DNA of 64,000 bases. It comes from Eledone cirrhosa (Eukaryota). The notes beneath the pieces were generated by a model. That model did not search any database. It saw only the letters and a program-made list of their open reading frames with translations, and had not been told where the DNA came from. A program made the position numbers and the translations under genes. Position 1 is the stretch's first letter. Each line of letters begins with the position of its first letter. The stretch lies in contig OZ024753.1 in NCBI GenBank assembly GCA_964016885.1, forward strand, positions 21,452,001 to 21,516,000. The letters are read 5' to 3'. Positions 1 through 12,372 of the stretch are shown piece by piece.

Positions 1-520
1 CCAGTCATTGCTTCATCAACACTAAGATTTTTCCCAGGTATATAAACAGTTTTTAATTTTTCAGATAGCATTTTAATTACTGGTCGAACTTTATACAGAG
101 GGTCATAATTCAAATCATTTCTACTGGGGGCATTTGAAGTATCAACCAGGTGCAAATATTGGTTTAATTTTAAATACCTTATTTTTGCCATAATACTTGA
201 TATATAAGGGTCACTAAACCTTATATCAGTGCTCCAGTAATTCCACAGTCTTGGAAATTGTTTTATACTGAACATAATATTTATGGTAAAAAATGTTTGA
301 ATTTGCACAACATCTGTCGGTCACCATAACAGATCGGGTTTTCCTTGATTTGTTGTTGGGCATATCAATTAGTCTGTTTTGCCACAACTTCAAAGAAAGT
401 TTGTGGCAAAAATAAAAAATAAATAATCCACTGCCTTAGCATTGGGAAGTAATGTGTGTTGTGGACCAGTATTTCGACCTGTTGCTGTAACATTTTCAAT
501 GGCATCATAGAGATCTTTTT
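1..520 (-). pseudogene. piggyBac (PGBD4-like) transposase fragment, degraded, runs off the window start
   Basis: Manual minus-strand translation gives YFLFLPQTFFEVVAKQTN*, NYWSTD, RYLKLNQYLHLVD and YDPLYKVRPVIKMLSEKLKTVYIPGKNLSVDEAM. DPLYKVRP and SVDEAM (first catalytic Asp) are piggyBac hallmarks. In-frame stop at 365-367; upstream boundary approximate. Confidence 0.85.
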
Positions 521-1191
521 CACTTTCACTATAACAATCCGCCACTGTAAGCAGTCTCTTCTCTCGCTCACACGGCTACAGTCAGACGTGTCTTTTCTCT
601 CCCGTCAAACTCTCCAGATCTTATTATATTCAAAATGAATTGTTGACTTCACCCTTCGTATCTGTTTAGATTTTCTCTCTCTCTCCCTCTTTCTTTATCC
701 CAATAACTTATTTTAGTTATTGCTCGTCCCAGGCTGAGGTATCTTGTCTCTAAATACCTATGATTCCTAGCAGACGACTGACGATGGATATTACGCTCTT
801 TCGCCCGTAACTTATATTTTCATTATATATATCATCATCATCATCGTTTAACGTCCACCTTCCACGCTAGCATGTGTTTGGACGGGAATTGTCCCACTTG
901 AGGCAAGATTGGTTGTCTTGCTCGTATAGGACTGTCTGGCAGGTTTTCTACGGCTGGATGCCCTTCCTAACACCAACCACGTTTACAGTGTGGACTGGGA
1001 GGTTTTTACCGTGTTACCTACACGGCCACATTACAGCGTGGACTGTGTGTTTTTTTGTTGTGACACCTACACAACCTCATTTATTTCGGACTGGATGTTA
1101 TGGTACCAACATAACTTTACATTGAAAGGGGTGGGGGGTGGGGGTGTATTTTTGTTAGAGGTGCCTACTGACTGTAGGCTTCGCTTTGTAC

Positions 1192-2734
1192 TTAGGCAAG
1201 GCGGGTCTTCTGTATTACTGTGTAGCGCCAAAGATCTCGATCCAGTGACATTGTCTTGGAGAGGTGTAATTGTGTGAGGTCGGAGTTTAGCAAGTCGTCC
1301 CAGGTTTTTCTGGGTCTGCCTACTCCATGGCTACCGTCTATTTTTATCGCCCTCCACTTTTTTATACAGCTGTCGTCTTTCATGTGCATCACGTGACCGT
1401 ACCAATGTAGTCTTCTCTCGAGTAAACAACATCTGATCCCTCTTATTCCTAATTTCTCACTTAGTTCATTTATGCTTTGCCATTCACGTATATTGCTATT
1501 ACACATCCAGCGGAGCATGCAAGCTTCGTTCCTCTCCAGTCTGCATATATCCTCTGCACACAATGCCCAGGTTTCACTGCCATGTAACATTGCTGTTCGT
1601 ATGCAGGCATCATACAGCCTGCCTTTCATTTTTAGAGAGAACCCTTTAGCGGCCAATAGTGGTATAAGCTCTCTGAACTTTTTCCATCCCGTTCTGACTC
1701 TAGCTACTGTACTTTCAGAGCACCCTCCACCACTGCTGATTTTGTCACCCAGGTAACGGAAGGTGTCCACTATTTCTATAGAACCATCTGTGCAATGGAA
1801 TGAGCTAGTATTCTGTGGGCACTTGCTGCTACTTATTGCACCAGAGCACCAGCCATATATAAAGTCTATATTCTTAGTTAGCTTACCAGTGATCCCACTA
1901 CATCTTTTATGCACCCATACTTTGCATTTGGGACATAAAATGGAGTTTCTGCCTACTCCTTTCCTACACACTGAGCATGACTATTTCCCAGATGGTACTG
2001 GTGCCTTATTTTCCTTCCTACGAACTAGAACTTTAGTCTTAGACAGGTTAATTTTAAGGCCTTTTGATTCTAGGCCATGCTTCCGTGTTTGGAATTTCTT
2101 CTCTAGTTCGGCCATTGATTCAGCTATGAGAGTTAGATTATCTGCGTATAGGAGTTCCCATGGGCAGCCGGTCTTGAACTCCTCTGTTATAGCCTGAAGG
2201 GCAATAATAAATAGGAGGGGGCTAAGGACGGAGCCCTGAAGAACACCAACTTTTATGCTAAACTGCTGACTGTTTCTTTATACATGGCTTGTATAGCTCT
2301 CACAAGCCATTCATCAACACCTAGTTTTCTAAGAGCCCACCAGATAATGGAGCGGGGGACTCTGTCAAAGGCTTTTTCAAGTCAACAAAAGCTAAGTATA
2401 GGGGTTTATTTTTAGCTAGGTACTTCTCCTGTAGTTGTCGTACAATGAAAATAGCGTCTGCAGTACTTTTACCTGACACAAACCCGAACTGCATTTCATC
2501 TAGATCAATTCGCTCTCTGATTAGTTGCGCTATTACTTTTTCTGTGACCTTCATGACCTGGTCGATTAATTTAATGCCTCTATAGTTACCCCTATCTAGG
2601 GCATCTCCTTTACCCTTGTAGCAGTTAATGATGATGCTGCTACACCAGTCCTTCGGAACAACACCATTCTGTATGACTTGGTTTACTATCCCGGTGACCA
2701 TAGTGTGTCCCACCGTTCCAGATGCTTTCAGCAT
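1192..2734 (-). pseudogene. Reverse transcriptase, PHD-like Cys/His finger and C-terminal region of the RTE copy 1 ORF (frameshifted)
   Basis: ORFs 2321-2734 (RT N-half) and 1192-1971 (CPKCKVWVHKRCSG, FRYLGD, HGSETW, RLHWYGHV, GRPRKTW). The catalytic motif reads YADN instead of YADD near 2138-2150. Confidence 0.9.
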
Positions 2735-2761
2735 TTCAGCAACTATTTCCGACCCAGCCGC

Positions 2762-4024
2762 CTAACCCGTCTTCATATCTTCGATTGCCTTACTTATTAT
2801 ACTACCTTCGACTAACACTGCTGGTCCCTCTATTGGGTCGATGTGGGGGAGACTGTCTTTCTCCCAATTATTCTCTTCATTTAGTAGCCTTTCGTAGTGA
2901 CACTTCCAAGCTACCTTCTTATCAGCGTCAGTGATGGCAAGTACACCATCATCATTAAGGACACACTTCTCCCCGACAATATCACGGTTTTCCTTGACAT
3001 ATTGCCTAGCAATCCTGAACACCTCACGTTTTTGGTCCTCGCGTTGTAGAACATGCTTGAACTTTCTTTCCTCTGCTTCCCTTCTTGCGAAGTACACTTG
3101 TCTCCTAGCTTCCCTCCTGGCCACTTGATAGTTTTCTCTACTTCCCCCATCCCACCATACTTTCCAAGCCTGCTTTTTGGCCTTAATTAACTCCTCCACC
3201 TTACTGTTCCACCACCACGTTACTCTCCTCCTGCCTATAGGCCTGCTCCAGCCACAGACATCATCTGCCGCCTTCAGCAGGTTAGCTTTCAGGAATTCCC
3301 ACTGTTCCTCTATATTGTACGACTCTAATTGCTCTTCCTTACTGTCAAAAGCAACAAGTAATATGCTTTTAAATTTATTACTGGATGTGGGGTCCTTTAG
3401 CTTCCATATTTTTCTCCTGAGGATAGTCCTCCTCTGTTGTCGGGTACGTCCTGTCCTGACTATGAGGTCGCTGACTATGAGTCTATGTTGGGAGGTGCAT
3501 ACTTCATGGGGGAGGGATTTAGTGTTTACAACAGACACTCTGTCACGTCTTCTGGTAAGGATATAATCTATCTGACTGGCGTGTTCCCCTGATCTATAGG
3601 TGATCAAGTGATTGCCTCGTTTTTTGAAGTTAGTGTTACAGACAGTTAGGTTATTTGCGTCACAGAATTCCACGATTCTGGAGCCTTCCTCATTTCTAGT
3701 ACCAAACCCATAGCCTCCATAGATTCCGTCATAGCCATCACAATGTTGTCCAACGTGACCATTGATGTCGCCAGCAATAATTATGTAGTCACTGTCGGTT
3801 ATTTGGGAGGTAGTGAGCATCAATGTCTCATAGAACCTGTCTTTTATAACGCCAGGCAGTCCGGATTGGGGTGCGTACGCAGATATTACTGTCACAGTAG
3901 TTCTATTTAGGACAAGTCTTATTTTAATTATTCTGTCGTTCACTCTATTTATGTCTATTATCTTATCTACCCATTTTTCTGCTAACATGATTCCTACCCC
4001 ACCTATCCCATTGTCATTCCCCAC
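2762..4024 (-). pseudogene. APE endonuclease and linker portion of the RTE copy 1 ORF
   Basis: 420-aa ORF with GVGIML, SAYAPQ, GDINGHVG, RNEEG, ITYRSG, QIDYIL and WWWN. Homology continues upstream to about 4180 in another frame. Confidence 0.9.
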
Positions 4025-4247
4025 CAGAAAAGCTTATAGCATCGTTTTTTACCCACAATGAATCTAGCAGACCCACCCCTCCACCTGGTCTCTTGGATAC
4101 AGCAAACATCAACCTCCTTACGTTCAAGCATTTCTACAACATCGTTAGAGCGATGCCTACATTCATGGTACCAACTCTGAAGTTTTGGATTGCGTTCGGT
4201 GGGTAGGAACGGTAGTTAAAAGAATAGAGGTGTAACACACAAGTTAT

Positions 4248-4620
<373 letters not shown>

Positions 4621-4919
4621 ATTAGGAATATAAGAAAAAAAGTAGAACATACAATAAAAGCAAAACATTTCTTTAAAAGTAATTTATAGTACTGGTTTCA
4701 GCTGATAAATATGTTGGCTTCTTCTTACAGGAAATATGATAAAAGGTGTATATTAATTGGAAGAGGATATTAGAGAACATAGTTGACATATATATAAAAA
4801 TTTACATTTTCCTTTATCTCGTTCTCTTTCCCTCTTCCTTGGTGGTTTGGTGGTAGTAGCAGCTAAAATAGAAGCTGGCTTGTCCCCTGTTAATGTCTGA
4901 CTGGCTGTTGACTTCAATT

Positions 4920-4924
4920 GTAGC

Positions 4925-4958
<34 letters not shown>
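4920..4958. repeat. (AGT)n microsatellite in the PLE 3' region
   Basis: Directly visible; it produces the poly-Leu of ORF 4753-5058. Confidence 0.95.
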
Positions 4959-4959
<1 letters not shown>

Positions 4960-5422
4960 AGAGATAGAAGAGGGAGGAGAAGAAGAAGAAGAAGGTCTAG
5001 TAGTAATAATAGGAGGATAAGACGAAGGAGGAGAGGCTGTCTGTGAGATGACCTTCATGGTAGACTGACCTTAATGGTAGGGTGACCTGAATGGTAGAGT
5101 GACCTAAAATTGACCTGAAGTAGTAATTGTTTCTAAATATATCTTTCTTAGTATTTCTGAGGGAAATACTGTCACTCTTAATTTGTCCATTGTAGTTATT
5201 GGTGGGTGGTTCTTGCAGTTGGTCTGTGGTGGATGTATTTAAACGGAGTTCGTATTTTGTGATAAAGTATGATTCTTTGCTAATGAGTTGATTGTGGGTA
5301 GCATTGTCTTTAAATTTATAGAGGGGCGAAAATTCTCTAATTGGGTTGTTCATTAGAGGCGCAGGTGTCAATGTGTTAGAGGCACAGGTGTCAATGTGTT
5401 TACTCAGTGCTATTTTTCTGTA

Positions 5423-8235
5423 ATCATCATCATCATCATAATTTTACGTCCGCTTTTCCCTGCTTGCAAGGGTGGGACGGGTCTTATTCAGCACAGCATC
5501 TCTCCATTTGTCACAGTCCTTCGTTATCTCCACCGTGCACTTCAGCGATCTGAGGTCTGCTCTCACCACCTCCGCCCATGTTTTTCGTGGTCTACCTCTA
5601 CTACGTCTTCCTTCACTGTTATTTCCTGGCACTTCTTCACCCACTGGTCATCCTCCATGCACATCACATGTGCATACTATCGCAGTCTCCTCTCCCATAT
5701 ACTACATTCTATCCCTCTCAGACACAGTTTCTCTCGCAACACATTCATACTGGGTCGTTCACGCACATTGACACTGCACATCCAACGGAGCATGCTTGCC
5801 TCATTTCTCTCCAGCCGTCGCATATCCTCTGCAGTTGCTGCCCATGTCTCACTACCATGCAGCATCGCACTCCTCACACAGGCATCATATAACTGGCCTT
5901 TCGTACGCAGGGAGAAACCCTTCTTCGTCAGCAGAGGAAGCAACTCCCTAAACTTCTTCCAACCCGTCCTTATTCTAGATACTATGGCCTCGGAACACCC
6001 CCCTCCCATGCTAATCTGATCTCCTAGGTACCGGAAGCTAGCCACCACTGCTATAGCACCCGCCTGCATTTGAAAAATGTGCCTATCAATGCGATTTCTA
6101 CTGTCTAATTTCCCTGTACATCTACTGCATACGTATTTCTCCCTACCTCTTAGTTTGCCTGCTATCCCACTTGTGTACCCAGGATCTGCATTGTGTGCAT
6201 TTTATAGAATTTATGCCAGTTCCTTTTCTGCATATCGAACATGGCCATTTCCCTGATGGAATCAGAGTTTTGTCCTCTTTCTACTCATCAACACTTTTGT
6301 CTTAGCTAGGTTCACTCTCAGTCCTCTTGCTTTCAACTGCTGTTTCCATAGCCAGAATTTATTCTCTAACTCCTCTACTGATTCTGCTATAAGAACCAGA
6401 TCGTCAGCATAGAGAAGTTCCCATAGTCAGCCAATCTTAAACTCCTCTGTTTTGGCTTGGAGGACTCTAATGAACAAGAGCGGGCTGAGGACCGAATCTT
6501 GATGTACTCCTACTTGTATCTGGAATTCCTCACTAAACTCCATTCCTACCCTGACTTTACTGACAGTACCTCTGTACAAAGTTTGCACTGTCCTCACAAG
6601 CAATTCTTCAACACCTAGTTTCCTTAGGGACCACAGATGACAGATCAGAGTACCCTATCAAAGGCCTTCTCTAGGTCAACAAAGGATAAGTATAGTGGCT
6701 TATTCTTCTCTAAGAACCTCTCTTGTAATTGTCTCACCAAGAAGAGGGCATCTGTTGTACTTTTCCCAGGCACAAAACCAAACCTCATCTCATCTAGTTT
6801 CACCCGTTCTCTAATTAGTTGCGCTAATATCCTTTCTGCCACTTTCATAACCTGATCCATCAGTTTTATACCCCTATAATTGCTCCTCTCCAGAGCATCC
6901 CCTTTACCTTTGTAGCAATTTATGAGAATACTGCTGCACCAGTCTTTGGATATGACACCACCATATATAGCCTGATTGATGATGCGTGCAACCAGTTTAG
7001 TGCCTACGTCCCCTGATGCCTTCAGCATCTCAGCAACTATTCCTGACGGTCCAGCAGCCTTACCATTTTTCATTTCCTTAATTGCCTCTTGGACCCTATA
7101 TTCGTCAATCTTAATAGCTGGTGCCTCTGTCGGATCTACTGAGGGTAATTTCTCTCTCTCCCATTCGTTCTCCACATTCATCAGTGTCTCATAATGACAT
7201 TTCCAGGCCTTTTTTTTCTGATCCTTCGTGACACTAAGTACACTGGCATCATTCCGGACACATTTATCTCCAACAACATCCTGATTTGCATTGACACACT
7301 GCCTTGCAATGTGGAACACTGCATCCCTCTGATCTTCCCGTCACAGAACATTTGCAAACCTCCTACTCTCAGCCTCCCTGCGTGCTAAGTACACCTGACG
7401 TCTAGCTTTTCTCTTAGCAACTGTATATCCTTCTCTACTCCCACCACTTTTCCAAGCCTTCTATGCTAATCTTTTGTTTTTAATGGCTCTATCTACCATG
7501 TTGTTCCACCACCAGGTCACACTCTGTCTGGTTGGAGCTCTGCTTCAGCCACAAGTTTCATCAGTAGCCTGCAGTAAGTTGTCACGTAATAAATTCCAGT
7601 TATCATCTATGTCATACGTCTCTAAATCATCTTCTTTTTCGTCATACACATCTCGAAAGACTTTTCCTAAATTTGTATTTTAGTGAAAGGTCTTTTAGCT
7701 TCCAGACCTTTCTTCTCCACACCTTCCTGTATGTCTCATTCCATCTCTTGCTTACTGATATATCACTAACGACTAACCTATGCTGTGGGGTACATTCTTT
7801 CTCAGGGTATGCCTTGGTATTTGACACCATCTGCCTGTCCCTCTAACTAGTAAGAAGTCAATCTGGCTTATGTGCTCGCCTGATTTGTAGGTTATTAGGT
7901 GGTTGGCAGGTTTCTGGAAGTTAGTGTTGCAAATAGTCAGTATACTTGCATCACAAAATTCAAGAAGTCTCACTCCTTCTTCATTTCTTGAGCCATAACC
8001 GTGCCCACCATGTACCCCAGTGTAACCATCCTGGAGCTATCCAACATGACCATTGAAGTCCCCTGCTAGCATAACGATGTCTCCATCCTCTGTCATTGCG
8101 GTTGTTTGTAGAAGTTGCTCGTAAAAGCAGTCTTTCTCTTCGTTGCCTAGGCCTGCTTGGGGAGCATAGGCAGAGATGATTGTCAGTAGTCTCCTGCCTA
8201 CAACTAATCTAAGCTTAATTATTCGATTATTATTC
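5423..8235 (-). mobile_element. RTE-clade LINE (copy 2, different subfamily), 5'-truncated within the endonuclease
   Basis: (GAT)n tail at 5423-5439. ORF fragments 7773-7973, 7642-7830, 6645-7319 (KAAGPSG, NYRGIKL, RFGF, FVDLEKAFDRV), WELLYADDL at about 6397-6424, 5677-6069 and 5444-5644 (GRPRKTW). Starts at NRIIKLRL..SAYAPQ. Very short 3' UTR. Confidence 0.93.
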
Positions 8236-8325
8236 CTGTATTTTTATTATTATTATTCCTATATTTTAATTTGGGATCTATGAAGTGTCATACACTGACG
8301 AAGACTGTTCTTAGTTTGTCCGGTG

Positions 8326-9071
8326 TGTAACGAATGACCGAGTTGTAACGAATAAGTGGATAGATGGAATTATTGGTATGATGGTTTCAATGCAAAGAAT
8401 AATACCAGGATTGTGTTGTTACAATGTTTATTTTATTATAAGAATATTCAATTTGAATATTGAATGATAAAATCTATAACATGAAATATTCGTACAATAA
8501 TTTGGTGGCTCTTCGAGCCACGTAAATACAAGTATCACAGAATACAATTATAATATAATTTGAATTGTATCTGAGAGATAGAATGTGACAAACAGAAATG
8601 GTGCGTGTGAAATGAAAACAGTGTGAATTTACTGTGTGCGTGTGTGCGTATTAGTATACTTTATTGTTTTAGCAGTAATAGGATTCGATCAGCCAGACGG
8701 GAATGGCGTGTGAGAAAATAGTGGACAGACTGGTTTTTCGTGACAAGAGCTGGTAAATGGGATTTGTCTTGTCTGTAGTCCCACTTTTTCTGCCGGGGCA
8801 TAAACAGCCCCTGTATTTATAACGGTTGAAGTTAGAAGGATGGATATATCATCTGACCTGTGGTTAGCATCTTCCAAGTGGTTGGTCTGCCAGGCGTAAA
8901 CAACTTAGAAGGATGGATATATCTGACCTCTTTTCTGCCAGGTATAAACAACATCTGACTTGTGTTTAGCATCTCCCAAGGGGTTGGTCTGCCGGGCGTA
9001 AACAACTAACCATGGCCTGTCCCAGAGGCGGGAAAGCTCAGATTCGGTTTCGAATCTTCGCCGCCGTTATA
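8326..9071 (-). mobile_element. Putative solo LTR (746 bp, Gypsy-like termini)
   Basis: On the minus strand it begins TATAACG (one change from TGTAACG) and ends CGTTACA. It is non-coding, has AATAAA signals on the minus strand (~8427-8437 and ~8660), and interrupts the PLE YI|G codons. The flanks cata and cacc each differ by 1 nt from an inferred 4-bp TSD catc. Confidence 0.7.
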
Positions 9072-11742
9072 TATGTACTTCTGTCGACAACCTGAGCAAG
9101 TTAATACATATATCAGGTTTTCTGATTTGCATGTGAAATTGTTTTTCACTGTAAAGCGTTGACCCTGTTTGAAACAGAACTTCGATCCCTCTATTAAGTT
9201 GATACATATACCAGTGGTCGACTGGACTTTGGCCTGTGTTAGGATATTGTTTCATTGACTTGGGTTGTCTTTTGCTCTTTATGATGTTGTGCGTTTGAAG
9301 GATTTGGTTCATTCTTAGATATTTTTTTAATAAAGGAATGTTCTGGAGGATGGTGTCGAAGGCCTCGTTGTTAAGGGGGTTGTGTGTGGAGATATATGGT
9401 AGGGCTTTCAATTTCGATTCATTCTTGTTTGGGATGTCTAAGTTCCTGGATACTGAGTTTTAGGGCACATTGGAATCCATTGTTAATTAGGGTGGGTGGG
9501 TAATTCCTGCTAATGAGTGTCTCCTTTAATTCTTTTAGTTGTATGTAACAGGTGTTCCTATCAGATACTATTGTACAAATCCTTTTGGGGTGTTTCGGGT
9601 GGCATGAGTTGAACGGAAGATATTGTTTGGAGTCCGTGGGCTCATAGTATATGTCTGTCTCTATTTTGTTGTTAGTTTTCTTTATAAGGAAGTTGTTCAT
9701 GGCTGTATTCCATCGTAAATTGAATGTTTGAGTTAAGTCCATTTAGAAGTGTTTTAAATTCTTTAAGTTTCTCTATACTTTCATGCCAGATATCTCTTCC
9801 AGTAATTTTCTATGTGGAGGTAGAAGGAGTTTCCATATTTATCTAGTACTTTACAGTAGAGGGTGATTTTCTGGTAGCCCATAACAAGGCTGGCATAAGA
9901 GGGGACCGTTTTCGTGCCCATAGCTGTCCCGGATTTCTGTCTGTAGAATTTGGCATCGAATACGAAGTAGTTATTCTCCAAGATAAATTTGAGCCCTTCT
10001 ATTACGAATCCTTTTATGATGCGGTAATTTTCTAACCAGGATTGGATTGCCTCTATTCCTAGGTTGTGTGGGATATTGGAATATAGGTTCACTACATCAA
10101 GACACTAGTAGGGTTTGTTCATTATTAAGTGTTTTGGAGAGGTGGTTGAGCATATCAAATGTAGCTTTTAATGTGTTTAAGGAATGGTTTTAATAGGATA
10201 TCCTCAGGCGCTGAGTTTCGCAAATGGGACCTGCTATTATAGGCCTTAATTTGAGGTTATTAGGTGAGGGGGGCATTGATGAATATATATGTGGCTTCCT
10301 TGCATGCCTTACTTATTTTTTCACTTTTATGTATCTTAGGAATACCGTAGAAAAAGCTGGATTTACTTTTGAAGTCAGTGATATACTTGTATTTCTTGTC
10401 GATAAGTTCTTCTCTGTAAAGGGTTGTTAGGGTTTTTAGGTTTCTCATTATTTTCTGTTGACTGTAGTGTTGAGCCTCTTCATAGTATGTCTCCATTAGA
10501 ACTACCGCACTCCCTTTATCTGCCTCTTTGATTGTTATAGTTTTATCGTCCTTTAATCTGTTCAGCTCCTCCCATTCTTTCGTGTTGTTGTTTGGCTGTG
10601 TTTATGTCTGTGTAGGTGTTGATATCGATAATTTGTGATGTGTTTTCAGAATTGGTCAAGGAATTTATTCTTACCTTTTGATGGGGTGTAGTTACTTTTA
10701 ATTCTAGTTAATGATACGTCCTCATTGTACTGGTGATGTAGTTCCTCTCGGAGTCGTAATTTTCAATAGAATCCTGCAATGTCTTCTTTCATTTCGTAGT
10801 AGTTTGGACGTGGTGGGGTCGGTGTAAATTTCAGCCCTTTGGAGAGTACGTTGATTTGGTCTGATGTTGGTTCTTTAATAGTTAAATTAATTACTTTTAT
10901 TACTTTTGGTCTCTCCTGTATGTCTTGTGTCATCTTGTTTCCCTCTGTGTACTGGGTATAAATAATAATTAAGGTAGTTCGGTCGGTTGTTGATGTTGTC
11001 TCCTGTGGTTGTGTTGTTCCCTGTTGTTGTTATTGAAGGTTCAGGTTTGTGGTTGTGGGTTGATTAGAGCGTCCCTATATTTAATCAGGTTGTGTGTCCC
11101 TATATTTTATGTTCGGACGTGGTGTTTTAGGGACCCTTTGTTGGTGATTATATCGTGTGGTATGGGTTTATTGTGTATGATAGTTGAGAGGGTTGTAAGA
11201 ATGGAGGTTTCCTTGGTATCTCCTTATGGGAGGGAAGTTGTAATGTCCATCCTGGGGTTGATGATTTATTATTTATTTATTTGTTGCTGGAGTAGCCGCG
11301 TTGTTGCTGCGTGGTTAGGTTAAGAAGAAAGGGTTAGGTATTGCCTTCTTTTTTTGGTAGGGGAGAAGGTTGTGTTTTTTGTTGGTTGTGGACCTGTGTC
11401 TAAGAGGTGTTTAGGTTTTCTTATTTTTATGAACAGGTTGATGGAAGAGTATTCTGTTTGAAAAACCATTTCATAGTTTAAAAACAAGTGGTGCTTTTTT
11501 CCAAGGAATTTCAGTTCTTTTTCTGTTGCAATCCTCTTTCCATAGTTTTGAGATTTCCCTAGGTTGGGGCCTTGAGTGTTTTTGTTAATTTCTTGGTTGA
11601 TCTCTTCATCGATGGATTTTATTGTTTCCTCATTTGTCTGAATTCTCAATTTTAAATCTTCATTTTCCATTTTTTTATACTTCTGCTTTGTTGTTTTCTT
11701 GGATATATATACATATCTAATATATATACACTCTACTATATA

Positions 11743-12088
11743 TCATCATCATCATCATCATCATTTTACGTCCACTTTTCCCTGCTTGCAAGGGTGGGAC
11801 GGGAACTGATTCTGGCTTGATTTCTACAGCTGGATGCCCTTCCTAACACCAACCTCATTTACAGTGAGTGCTGGGTGCTTTTTTTGCCGTGGCACCTCCA
11901 CGACCACTTTGCAGTGGAATGATATGGACCCCAGTCCCTATCGTCTTCATTTCTACAGCTGAGTAAACTGGAGCAATGTGAAATAAAGTGTCTTGTTCAA
12001 GGAAACAACACATCATCCAGTCTGAGAATTGAACTCACAACCTTTCAATTGCAAGCCCAATGCTCTAACCACTAAGCCATGTGCCTCC
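11743..12088 (-). mobile_element. Composite SINE: tRNA-derived head, CORE-like domain, RTE-type 3' tail with (GAT)n
   Basis: Minus strand: A-box TGGCTTAGTGG, B-box-like GAGTTCAATTC, CCTTGAACAAGACACTT...CAGTTTACTCAGCTGTAGAAATG (similar to the MIR/CORE domain), then GGAAGGGCATCCAGC and a terminus matching the RTE copy 2 3' end. Confidence 0.75.
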
Positions 12089-12372
12089 ATATATATATAT
12101 ACATATCTAATGTATATACACTCTACTAGATATATATATACATATACATATCTAATATATATACACTCTACTATATATATATACATATTTTATATATATA
12201 TATATATATTTAATATATATACACTCTACTATATATATATATATATATATATACATATCTAATATATATACACTCTTCTATATATATACATATCTAATAT
12301 ATATACACTCTACTATATATATATATATATATATATACATATTTAATATATATACACTCTACTATATATATA
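12089..12372. repeat. Compound TA-rich minisatellite, unit (TA)n-CATATCTAA-(TA)n-CACTCTAC
   Basis: Several variable-length units; the same unit occurs at 11703-11742, 13452-13651 and 13921-13961. Confidence 0.9.

Larger units (their letters stand above)
831..4245 (-). mobile_element. RTE-clade non-LTR retrotransposon (copy 1), near full-length ORF, inactivated
   Basis: (GAT)n tail at about 831-845. APE endonuclease motifs (CIQETRW, SAYAPQ, GDINGHVG, SQIDYIL, SQHR) and RT motifs (YKGKGD, NYRGIKL, QFGF, FVDL, QGSVLSP, WELLYADN). Several frameshifts and stops. Possible low-complexity TSD attatatat at 822-830 and 4246-4254; the 5' boundary is uncertain. Confidence 0.93.

Noticed and set aside
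778-810. Hammerhead start CTGACGATGGATA on the plus strand
   Set aside because: No closing stem II or GAAA follows; at most a truncated remnant.
8295-8320. CTGACGAAG hammerhead-like motif
   Set aside because: It is the antisense of the PLE coding sequence (SLRQ) and lacks GAAA and stems.
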